From the NCBI GenBank assembly GCA_046563655.1, contig CM102283.1, forward strand, positions 5,022,001 to 5,086,000: a DNA stretch of 64,000 bases, read 5' to 3'. The position numbers and the translations under genes are program-made. Source of the stretch: Yuukianura sp. NJ FZ-2021 (Eukaryota). Position 1 is the first letter of the stretch, and each line of letters opens with the position of its first letter. Below, piece by piece: positions 1-9,911 of this stretch. The notes under the pieces are model-generated. The model worked only from the letters and a program-made list of their open reading frames with translations, was not told where the DNA came from and did no database searches.

Positions 1-135
1 CCTCTTCAGCCAGAAATACTGCACAGCAAGAGCTACATATTCTAAGCAGGTCTGTCCTTCTACAAAATCTGCATCACCCGAACGGAGGATTGTTTGTAGT
101 CATTTGGGAGATGGCAACAATACGTGTACTCTGGA

Positions 136-707
136 TTAACCCATTCCACAAGTGTAGTTCCGATATAATGCTTCTTCAATTGAATCCAACGCATGTTCTG
201 CAAATGCAAGTGCAAGTGACGTAGTAACAATCCCTTTGTAACCATTTGTGAGCAACAAGGCCATCAACAGAAATGTTGCGGTAAACGCTTGTAGCCCCTT
301 GCCCCGTATGCCTGGGATATTGGACAATGATGGTCCGACTTCCAATAAAGTTGCGTAAATAAACAACGGAACTTGATATGATACAGCTTGGTATTGCGGG
401 CAAACAAAGAAAAATATGCAAATAAATGCCAAAGTGGTACACATGACGATCCACGTTCATCTAAGACTGGGTATAATGTTACAGCAGCCGACATCTGGGA
501 AGGGAGATCGACTGTTTTTTTAACACGATTCGAGGCAAACAATTTTTTTAAACAACGAAAAACTACTTGCAGAAAACTGATATCCAAAATTGTTTGCAGA
601 AAATCAAAACTTTGAAAAAACTTTGCGGAGAATCGATATGTACCAAAAAGCTTCCAGGAAATAGAGACGTACAAAGCAGCTTTCAGATAATCGACACGAG
701 CTTGCAA
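136..707 (-). pseudogene. Divergent ionotropic-receptor-like gene fragment, frameshifted; may continue off the window edge
   Basis: ORF 136..444 has hydrophobic segments and LLMALLLTNGYKGIVTTSL, resembling the TM2/post-TM2 signature of arthropod IRs. The coding signal is split across frames (264..707, 136..444). Confidence 0.4.
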
Positions 708-785
708 AAATTCTTGCAGGCTTTGACTTTTTTAAAAGAAGAAGTGCGCATGTGGTACCTCTTTGAGCAGGATTTCATGAATGTC

Positions 786-894
786 TTTTTTTCGGGCGTC
801 TCGATTCTCTAGTTGTTTTTCGGCGTCTCAATTCTCTACGAGTTTTTTTTCGACGTCTCAACTCTCGGCTGGTTTTTCTGACGTCTATATTCTC
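786..894 (+). repeat. Degenerate ~28-bp minisatellite, ~4 copies
   Basis: Recurring unit TTTTTC(G)GCGTCTCAATTCTC with substitutions. Confidence 0.6.
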
Positions 895-1660
895 ATTTAG
901 CATTGAGCTCCTTCCTAAACCATATATTCTCTACATTGCTCGGTAAGCACAAAGCTATCACAACTTCAGGGGGCGGCAAAAATGCCTTAGCGACCAAAAC
1001 CGATTCTTTATTTGTTTACAATTTCACTCACAGTGACGTCACTCCGAGTGAAAATACAGGTTCATCCGAGTTTTTAAGCTATTTTTAAGTTTGCGGCGAA
1101 AGTATTGAGACTAAAATGCTGAAAATTTTGAACAACACTGTAAATGAGTGAACTCGGAGTCAAAGAAATCCCATAGCAACTCAGTTTTGAAAAAACAATT
1201 TTCAACGACCGTACCTATAAGTATTCTATTTACCTTGTCACAACTTGAGATCTTCAGCTGTACTTTATGGAAATAGTACTTAAAGTATGTGTTGTGGATG
1301 TTAGATGTAGATGTTATATATACAAATAGAAATGAAGCTTCGTCACCGCAAATCGTAACGCGTACTACATAGTTTATATATCATCAAGTCATCTTACCGG
1401 TTTTTATATTGCCGGAACTTCCATTGTATGGAGCCAAAAGAAACTCCCGCAATGAGGGTATTAGGCACTTTGCCGTGAGTGGATGAGACAGGGGATAAGG
1501 AGACAGGGACAACTTTTCATCCCCAACTTTTTAAGAATTATCCACGACAGATTGCCGAGGAGTTTTTCGTTAAGGGGATAATTCCAGGGATAACACATCA
1601 CTTAGCTAGAAGCGCGAATTTGATTTGAAATTTGGATCAATTATGTTTCAAGAAAGAAGG

Positions 1661-2043
1661 TGTAGCGTCTCGCACCGCTACTCTCCAGAATATGGCCGCA
1701 GCCACGCCCTCTCAGACTCCGAATAAACTCTGAGTCAGCAGACTCATCAACTCCCGAAAGGCCAGAAACTCACCGAAAACAACAGAACCACATCAGTGGT
1801 TAAATATATAAAATATATTTAATAAACTGATGAATAATCGGTGTGACAATCTCAATCACTAATCATAACTACCTCTGATCTCCTCACTCTCAAAACCACA
1901 AAACCAGACTGATCTAACTCTATACAAAAAGCCTATCCTCGCTCGCTCCTCGCCTCTCTTCAAATCTACCGCGAGCCACATCATCATCTCAACCTGCCCC
2001 TAACCTAACGCTCCACTAACTATATGGACGAGCAGGCGTCTCA
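1661..2043 (-). repeat. 3' LTR of element 1
   Basis: Direct repeat of 4965-5347, preceded on the minus strand by a polypurine tract. Confidence 0.95.
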
Positions 2044-2395
2044 CGTTCCCCCTTCCGATGGATGGCGTGCCAGTCGAACCACGGCCGACATCCAACTGCA
2101 AAACTCCTAGGCGACTGCTCCTCCAGAATCTCGGCAGCTCCGTCACCCTCATCATCATCGTCACCGTCATCATCATCATGGACATCAGCGGAGTCTTCAT
2201 CATGTAATCGTCAACCGCAGCATCGGATTCCTCCCTGATGATCCAACACTTCACACTTTTCACTTTCACTAATTGTTTCAAAATAAGTTCTTGTGGCAAC
2301 CAATCATAACCACTTGATATCAGCCACATTTTGAACATGATTGGAGCCCATAAATGGACTCCATTGCCACTGCATTTCCACAAACTTTCGACTCC

Positions 2396-3376
2396 TCATT
2401 TCATCACTTTCCGGGACAGTGAGACCCTCAACCGTCGCAATTGTAGATAATGAACGTCACTTTGAATTACACACATGACTCCAATTAATTTCACATTTCT
2501 GCACTGCGACCAACGCTGAGTAGCACCTTCCATCACTTTACGGGACAGTGAGACCCTGAACAACTCAGAACTTGGCGCAGAATTAACTTCACAAAGCCAC
2601 AAAATATTATTAAATACTTTCTCAAAATCACAATCACACTTCCACACACTTTTTAAATCTTCATTTTTTGAATTTTGAGGGAATAAGACCCTTTTAACAC
2701 AGAATAGCACCGCAGCACTAACAACTTCACATTTTGAAGCTAGAGGAACGCCGCACTTCAGCATCGTGGCCGGGCTAACGTCCTCTGGAGCGATGTCGGA
2801 AGATTGAGCCCTCGTTCCCGCACATCTCTCTTTTTGAAGGAGCCCGCAGTCTCCTCCATTTCCATTTGTCATAAAATTTTTCACAACACTATGCACTCCA
2901 GATTTAACTTTCTTGATCCTCGGAATTTTGAAGCACAGTACCGCCACTGCAGTTAGCCGATAACTGTCTTCGGGAGAGTCCTGGTCGCAACCATAATCTT
3001 CATCTGACGTCACTGGAGTCCACGAAAACGCGTCCGCTCCCATGTACTGCCAGCCAATCAGAGTCACTCCCCATCTCTTAATTTCCGGATACATCAATTT
3101 CCGTTTCATCATCACTACCACCACATTCCACCAACACAATATGTACAATGGATTGGAGCCGCTAAAGCGCGACTCCTGATGCTCTAACACAAATTTGAAC
3201 TGTACAGACACTTGCACCTCTTTAATAATGAGTGCTTCACAGCACTCAACATGAAAAACAGACACAAAATTTAACTTATAACTTGAAGCACTGACAAGTT
3301 TACTATGTTCGTCCAAAAATTGAGTTATGATTTGGGAAATGATGGACGAAACATCATTCCCCACCTTTAGTTTAAA
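2396..3376 (-). CDS. ORF2, non-Pol, predicted -1 frameshift fusion to Gag; unknown function
   Basis: Open frame overlapping the gag end in the -1 frame (FKLKVGNDVSSII...). Homologous ORFs occur in elements 2 and 3. No D(S/T)G, YxDD or HHCC/DDE motifs are visible. The same frame resumes after a TGA (2000..2383) and runs through the PPT. Confidence 0.65.
   Translation of the reverse strand, partial: FKLKVGNDVSSIISQIITQFLDEHSKLVSASSYKLNFVSVFHVECCEALIIKEVQVSVQFKFVLEHQESRFSGSNPLYILCWWNVVVVMMKRKLMYPEIKRWGVTLIGWQYMGADAFSWTPVTSDEDYGCDQDSPEDSYRLTAVAVLCFKIPRIKKVKSGVHSVVKNFMTNGNGGDCGLLQKERCAGTRAQSSDIAPEDVSPATMLKCGVPLASKCEVVSAAVLFCVKRVLFPQNSKNEDLKSVWKCDCDFEKVFNNILWLCEVNSAPSSELFRVSLSRKVMEGATQRWSQCRNVKLIGVMCVIQSDVHYLQLRRLRVSLSRKVMK
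3308..3376 (-). promoter_or_regulatory. -1 programmed ribosomal frameshift signal: slippery UUUAAAC + pseudoknot (element 1)
   Basis: TAT TTA AAC TAA; 7-nt spacer; stem GGGGAATGATG/CATCATTTCCC; loop TTCGTC pairs with downstream GACGAA. Confidence 0.85.
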
Positions 3377-4638
3377 TATTCTGGATCGTCGTCTTCCTCT
3401 CCATATTCGCCATAGTCCTCCACGACTTCCTCTGAAACGTCCAACTGAAAAGATCCAAGGACGAAATTCACTGGCGTTGGACACTGAAACTGCTTGTGAC
3501 CACGCCCACTACATCTCCAGCAATAAATTTCATCCATATTTCGCCACTGATCACTTCCGGAGCCATTACCATGACTCCTGTTTTCATCTGGAGGCACATC
3601 CACTTCACTCTGACCTCCACTAGCACTAATTTCCTCATCATCTCCATGGCCTTCATCATCAAATGTCACTTCATCTGCAATTTCAGAATGATTGGAGCCA
3701 ATATCATTGACTCCTCCCCCACTGTGCACTTGTTCATCGTCACTTTCCACATTTTCACAATCAATTTCTTCTCGTTCACTACCACTTTTTGCATTTTCAC
3801 AATCACTTTTTTCTTCCTCACCATCACTTTCACTATTTACAACTGAATTTACCTTCACAATTGGAGGTAACTGATTTTTCAATTTGTACAGATCATCCTC
3901 TGCACATAAATTGGCATGAGCAACTCTGCATGCTACAAATAATTCATCAACTGTAGAATAACTTGTTGTTCCTAAGGCTGTACGAAGCCTAGGATATAGA
4001 GCCAGCCTTGCCCGTAGCACGGAATCAGCCTCTGACTGATTAGGATGCACTAACTTGGCACTGCGAACCATTTCATAAATAAATTGTTCCACTGGTTCGT
4101 GCAGTTTCTGTACTCTGGTGTGCAGTAGTCTGGTCCTTTCGGCAACATCAATCCAGTTGTCGTAACGATTAATAAACTGCACCTTAAATTCACTCCACTG
4201 CGTCACTGTACCAAGCACATGATCCAACCACGGTTGTGATTCACTTGGTAAAACTGTTTTAATTAAGTAAAGAAACTGCCCTGTCGAATGACCTTGTGCA
4301 GTAAAATACCGTTCCACTTCCACTAAAAATCCAGCAGCACTCATTTTCTTCATATCAAACTTTGGAACGGGTAATTTTGAATTCAGAGATGTGAAGTTCA
4401 CATTTTGCAGGGCCGTAATCAGCGCCCTCGTTTGGTCACATTGTGTGATTGGAGCCCCCGCAGCGACTCCGACGGAACTTGATGCCACTATTTTTTCCTC
4501 CACGCCTCGCAAGGCTTTAGCTACCGCAGCAGCTACAATTTTATCAACTTCTTCTTTGGTGTATGTAGTCATGGCCGGATCACTCACTTTTGCCGGCACT
4601 GCACTACTTGGAGTGGGAGATGCACTGGGGGTAGACAT
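3367..4638 (-). CDS. gag: Gag protein (423 aa): capsid-like domain, acidic linker, CCHC zinc knuckle
   Basis: Retrotransposon gag-like segment WSEFKVQFINRY...RVQKLHEPVEQFIYEM; CX2CX4HX4C knuckle CWRCSGRGHKQFQC; lies between the LTRs, after the PBS. Confidence 0.9.
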   Translation of the reverse strand: MSTPSASPTPSSAVPAKVSDPAMTTYTKEEVDKIVAAAVAKALRGVEEKIVASSSVGVAAGAPITQCDQTRALITALQNVNFTSLNSKLPVPKFDMKKMSAAGFLVEVERYFTAQGHSTGQFLYLIKTVLPSESQPWLDHVLGTVTQWSEFKVQFINRYDNWIDVAERTRLLHTRVQKLHEPVEQFIYEMVRSAKLVHPNQSEADSVLRARLALYPRLRTALGTTSYSTVDELFVACRVAHANLCAEDDLYKLKNQLPPIVKVNSVVNSESDGEEEKSDCENAKSGSEREEIDCENVESDDEQVHSGGGVNDIGSNHSEIADEVTFDDEGHGDDEEISASGGQSEVDVPPDENRSHGNGSGSDQWRNMDEIYCWRCSGRGHKQFQCPTPVNFVLGSFQLDVSEEVVEDYGEYGEEDDDPEYLN

Positions 4639-4951
4639 TTACCCCGCAAAAAATTTTCCTCCGCGTCGGCAACTAGATCCTCTTCTAGTACCGAAACTGA
4701 CGCTAAATGAACAATTTTTACATCAGCACGTCACTCTTTATCTTCATCTTGGTCATTCGTGACCTTTGACACTGATTGGAGCCCACGAATGGACTCCTAA
4801 ATGACTATGAAAGCCGTCGCAACGACTCTGAACACTTTCACTATGAACAACCGCAGTTGATTATGCAAATTTCACAATTTTTTCCAGATTTTCGGTTCAA
4901 ATCACATTTGACCTTGGATGACCTCCCTGACCTTTGGTAGTTGAGACACGA

Positions 4952-4961
4952 ACGGTCGCCA
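4952..4961 (-). other. Primer-binding site, probably tRNA-Arg
   Basis: TGGCGACCGT is complementary to the ...ACGGTCGCCA 3' end of insect tRNA-Arg(TCG), as used by 412/mdg1-type elements. The same 10-mer occurs at 15238-15247 and 18193-18202. Confidence 0.8.
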
Positions 4962-4964
4962 CTG

Positions 4965-5347
4965 TGTAGCGTCTCGCACCGCTACTCTCCAGAATATGGC
5001 CGCAGCCACGCCCTCTCAGACTCCGAATAAACTCTGAGTCAGCAGACTCATCAACTCCCGAAAGGCCAGAAACTCACCGAAAACAACAGAACCACATCAG
5101 TGGTTAAATATATAAAATATATTTAATAAACTGATGAATAATCGGTGTGACAATCTCAATCACTAATCATAACTACCTCTGATCTCCTCACTCTCAAAAC
5201 CACAAAACCAGACTGATCTAACTCTATACAAAAAGCCTATCCTCGCTCGCTCCTCGCCTCTCTTCAAATCTACCGCGAGCCACATCATCATCTCAACCTG
5301 CCCCTAACCTAACACTCCACTAACTATATGGACGAGCAGGCGTCTCA
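4965..5347 (-). repeat. 5' LTR of element 1
   Basis: Direct repeat of 1661-2043, followed on the minus strand by the PBS. Confidence 0.95.
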
Positions 5348-6579
5348 AAGGGAAAAAGCAAAATCATTTGTGATTTACTTTTTTATTTGTTTGGTTGTTT
5401 ATTTATTTATTGGTTTAGTATATGTTTTATTTTTATACAACAATTTCTTGTATCAAAACATAAGGAATTACCTAATCGACTAAAAGTCGGGAGAAGTTAA
5501 CAATGAGTAAAATGAGAGGTAATTCTAACCCCAATACATTTCATTTCAATTTTACTAACTTAAATAACTAAATTTTAACTGTTACCGCTAAATCTTTTCC
5601 GTTTAGCGTCCCGCCTCCGGAGGCTTTGTATGGCAGGGGTAATTTCAACGCTTGACTACTGGCTATTTAAGCTTAGAATTCTGATTTACATGAAACATAA
5701 GAAGCGAGTGGAAACGTTGGTTCAGCCTTGGATGGACGCACTGACACTACTGTTGTTCTCTGAGGTACTTTAATCCTGAGGTTTAAAACTTACTTATGTA
5801 ATTAAGCTAGATTCTGGTTTTAGAAATGTTTGGTTCCTGGCTCTTGGTACCGAAACACGGTAGGAGTAAGTGGTACTTCATTTTGGCTTCCTTCTGCCAC
5901 TTCATCTTCAAAAACTGCGACTGGCTGTATATTTTCAGCTTCCTCATACCCGACAAGAACTTCGAGTAGTGATTTCGCTTCCGTTTCTACTTCTTCTTTG
6001 CCAGTTCTGAAATAAAGAAAAGCCCAGTGGGCTTGTTTGAAGTTAAATATAAGTTCGATTTGATTTAACCTGATTGGCAGGTATAAGCTTATTTAAATCT
6101 CAGCTGATCACTTTTGTACTTAGGATTTTGAGCAGGAATTTTTAGTCAAACGAATAGCCAAACTTTGGGTTCATGGTGTCGTTGATTATAGACCGTGACA
6201 CTTGATGCTGATGACCGCTCGCTTCTTAGTTTCCTGAAATGTAACAGTGTGTAACGTTCTCCGCGCTACGAAACACTGAAATGGCCGCAGCAACGCCCTC
6301 TCAGACTCCAATCTGAATCCGCAGACTCATGCAGCAGCGACGACGAATGACTCCCTGAAACTCCGACAACAAGATCAGCGAAGATAAATATAAAACATAT
6401 AATTATTGAGCTGATCAATAAAGAATATATACAGAATAAACTGCTCGTGGCAGCACGGACATAACACTAATATGCTCTCAGAGCAAGAACCAAATCCAGA
6501 CTGAGCTCAAAGCTCCACTAACACTAAAACTAACTATCCTCGCGGTCACTCAAATCTCCCTCCTCTAACTCTCCGCGTC

Positions 6580-7035
6580 TCACTCTAACCTAAACTCTAC
6601 GTGGCGGGAACCGGGGCACTTCACCTTCCCCTCTCGAAGGAACGGCACGGTGGGGATAACCTCGTCTGACGTTCCAGAACTGCTGAGTGAGCCCGGTTGC
6701 CTCCGAACTCCTCTTCTCCGCTCGCCATTTCCAGCGTCATCGTCATCGTCATCATCATCAGCGGAGTCTTCATCATTGCTCCAGTCATCATCAGCGGAGT
6801 CTTCATCATTGCTCCCGTCATCAGAATCAGAGTAATCCTCGTGGAACCCGTCATCGTCGTCGGAGTCTTCATCTCTGGATTTTGGCCAACTTTTTGACCA
6901 AATCGAAGCCAACGCATTGGCTCCCTTCGACTTACAAAAGTTCATGGCTCCACATTCCTTCACTTTACGGGACAGTGAGACCCACCAGCCAGAACTTTGT
7001 ACTTCATCTGAAACGCTCATAGCGATTCCTTCCAC
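6580..7035 (-). other. Acidic (Asp-rich) 3' coding segment of element 2, running through the PPT into the LTR
   Basis: VSLSRKV motif shared with element 1 ORF2; DEDSADDD repeats homologous to 2140-2200 of element 1. Confidence 0.5.
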
Positions 7036-7551
7036 CTGTTCGGGAATTTGCTTCCTGTTTGGCAGAGACAGGAATAGGTTACTAACTTTAGTGTAACTTT
7101 AACTTAGAATTATTTTGGAAGAGATGAGACTGAAAGTGAAAGGGTTAGATTTACTTTTAGTGCTATTTACATTTACTTTGATCCACTTGTGTGGAGTGAG
7201 AAAGGGTTAAGCGTGAATCTGGTTCTGCATGCAATTTACTACTGTAAGGACTTGCGCAGTGAGATAGTACAGTAAGTGTAATTTCCAAGTAACCGCTCTC
7301 TTCACATTGCTATAGTGTAAGTCGCCGCTCTTTGGTGTATCTTTACTAATAGTATAAGCAAGGAGGAGTGCTCCTCTACCATATTCATTCATACAACAGT
7401 CTTCGTTTCATCTTCCTACTGTAAGGTCTCTTCTAATGAGTCATCGAGTAGCCATCTTAGGTTTTCTTCTATTTCATCTTTTACCAATTACTAATTAGTC
7501 AAAATAGACACTAAATCAAATCCACTTGACGCTGGAGCGATCATTGATTAT

Positions 7552-8373
7552 TTAGAACCACAGAACATTAAGCATTCTACATTTTACCAGCATAACGTTT
7601 TGTTTTTTCTCATGAATTTCGCTCCTAGCTATTCCTACTAGCACAGCGATGACTTCTTCTTTCTTCATTAGCTCGCCTTGTGGAGCTCGAGTAACACTGT
7701 GAGCTAGTACTCGACTGAGACCTTCCCAGTGCTCTCTATTTTCATATTTCTTCTGCTCTTTTCCTAGAGCTTGAGTAACAATGCGAGCTAGTACTCGTAT
7801 GAGACCTTCCCAGTGTTCTCGGTTTTCTTCTTTTTTCTGCTCTTCTTCTAGAGCTAGAGTAACGCTGCGAGCTAGTACTCTTCTGAGACCTTCCCAGCGC
7901 TCTCTGGAGGGACGTCGGAAGATTGAGGCCTCGTTTCCGTACGTCTCTCCGAATGTGGATCCCGCAGTCTCCATCATTCTTCGTAAAGCCAACTTCATGA
8001 CTTTCTGCATTAGGATACCAACTTCATGGCCATCCTCTTCGTTTTTCTTCTTCTGGATCCTCGGAGTGGTGAACGACAGTACTGCCAGTCGACTTGACAT
8101 GTTACCGCCTTCATGGGAGTTTTGAACAAAATCACAATCTTCATATTCTGGCACTGGACTCCATGAAAGCGCGCAAGCTTCCGCAGAAATCCAGACATCT
8201 TGATGTCTAACTCCCCCTAACTGAATCTGCGGATCCTCCACCTTCACTCCACTTGAGTTGCTACAACGCAACTTCCTACCACTACTACGTCCAAAATGAA
8301 CCGCTTCGTCCCTTTTTAATTTTTGATTAGGGTGAATGATGGACGAACTGTCATTCCCCTGCTTCAGTTTAAA
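7552..8373 (-). CDS. ORF2 of element 2 (non-Pol), with ~28-aa tandem repeats
   Basis: -1 frame begins FKLKQGNDSSSII. Shares WSPV...AVLSFTTPRIQKK with element 1 WTPV...AVLCFKIPRIKK. Contains repeats ENREHWEGLxRVLARxVT. Confidence 0.55.
   Translation of the reverse strand, partial: FKLKQGNDSSSIIHPNQKLKRDEAVHFGRSSGRKLRCSNSSGVKVEDPQIQLGGVRHQDVWISAEACALSWSPVPEYEDCDFVQNSHEGGNMSSRLAVLSFTTPRIQKKKNEEDGHEVGILMQKVMKLALRRMMETAGSTFGETYGNEASIFRRPSRERWEGLRRVLARSVTLALEEEQKKEENREHWEGLIRVLARIVTQALGKEQKKYENREHWEGLSRVLAHSVTRAPQGELMKKEEVIAVLVGIARSEIHEKKQNVMLVKCRMLNVLWF
8305..8373 (-). promoter_or_regulatory. -1 frameshift signal (element 2)
   Basis: TAT TTA AAC TGA; 7-nt spacer; stem GGGGAATGA/TCATTC(A)CCC; loop TTCGTCC pairs with downstream GGACGAA. 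Confidence 0.8.
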
Positions 8374-9663
8374 TAATTTGAAGCATGTCCAGCACCTCCA
8401 TATTCTCCGTACACTTCCCCGTAATCGTCTTCTTCTGGAGCTTCCTCGGAAACTCTCCTTTGAAAAGATCCAAGTGCCCAATCCACTGGCGTAGGAAACT
8501 GATACTGTTTATGGCCACGCACATCACACCTGTAGCAGTAGACGCCATCTGCGTCTCTATCCCTGCCCGAGCCCTCTGCTCGAGTCATAACCTTAACTCC
8601 CCTTGCCACGTGGAGGCATCCCAATGTCACCTCGCCCTCCACTGTCTTCAATTTCCACTTCTTCGTCTTGACCTTCACTGCAGAAGGTCACTTCTTCTGC
8701 ATTTTCAAAATCATTGGAGTCAATTTCCTTGACTCCCTGTTCATTTCCCTCCTTTTCAACTGATACTGCTTCCTTTTCAGTATCACTGTCTTTTTTGTCC
8801 TCCTCAGTTACCTTCACAATCGGAGTTAATTGCTTTTTAATTTTATACATTTCATCCTCCGCACAAAAATTTGCATGTGCCACTCTGCATGCAACGAATA
8901 ATGACTCAACAGTTGCGTAACTGTTGGTTCCCAATGCTGTACGTAGCCTTGGGTGTAGAGCAAGTCTTGCTCTTTGCACTGAGTCAGCCTATGACTCACT
9001 AGGATAAATTAACCTTGAACAACGCACCATATCATAAATAAAATGTTCAACTGACTCGTGGAGTTGTTGGACTCTCGTATGAAGAACACGTGTACGCTCA
9101 GCAACGTCTATCCAATTGTCGTATCTTCTTGTGAACTCAACCTTGAATTCATTCCATTCTCCCACTGTGAGTAATGTATGGTCCAACCATGGATGCGTCT
9201 CTGCATGGCCTTGTGCTGAAAAATATCTTTCTACCTCCACGAGGTAGCCTGCTGCTGACAGTTTCTTCATGTCGAACATAGGAGGTGGTAGTTTGGATGA
9301 GAGGGACGTGATTCTCAATGCATTGATCAATTCCTGAGTCTGGTCCACCCCTCCTTCTAGAGACACCGCAGCGACTCCCTCTTGACTTTTTGGAACTAAC
9401 CTCTGTTCCATGCCGCTCACGGCTTTAGCTACCGCAGTAGCTACTAATCGATCAATACCCCCTTTTGTGTATGCCGTCATGGCACTAGCACTGGCAATTG
9501 CTTGTGCTGATGTAACTGATGGAGGAGAGACACTGAATGCGTGTCTACTTCTTAAATTATGACCCTCAATGTCCGGAGAAAGACCCTCTGTCGGTAATTG
9601 AAAATTTACCGTTGGGTCAATTTGTAACTTTTGTAACTCACTTGGGAGTTTCTTTTCACTCAT
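8364..9663 (-). pseudogene. gag: Disrupted gag of element 2
   Basis: Three pieces (8989..9663, 8593..8979, 8364..8678) align to element 1 Gag. Lesions: in-frame TAG after PSES, a frameshift, a short internal deletion, and a knuckle (CYRCDVRGHKQYQF) lacking its last Cys. Confidence 0.85.
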
Positions 9664-9911
9664 TTATGACCTTATGAACTTGAGTGAGCCAATTAGGGAG
9701 CTGTATGGAACAGCTCCGATGTGAAAAGAAATAAATGATGATTGATTATTTATTGACTTTCGGTGATACACCCTGATCAACAAGTTTGCTATTTTTTAAA
9801 GGCACTTTTTGATTTCTTATGTATTTTTCTTTGTGTCATATGATTACTTTCGTTTATCCTTTTGATTACCTAACGATCTATTCTACTTTCGCTACTTATA
9901 CTTAACTATTC

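Larger units (their letters stand above)
1661..5347 (-). mobile_element. Full-length pol-less Ty3/gypsy-like LTR retroelement, copy 1 (3687 bp)
   Basis: 383-bp LTRs at 1661-2043 and 4965-5347 (TG...CA; one mismatch seen). 4-bp TSD AAGG at 1657-1660 and 5348-5351. PBS TGGCGACCGT at 4961-4952. PPT GGAAGGGGGAACG abuts the 3' LTR. Contains gag and ORF2 with no RT/IN motifs. Confidence 0.95.

Noticed and set aside
2396-3484. ORF2 as pol or env
   Set aside because: No protease, YxDD, RNase H or integrase motifs, and no clear signal peptide, furin site or TM layout of an envelope protein; remote homology cannot be excluded without a profile search
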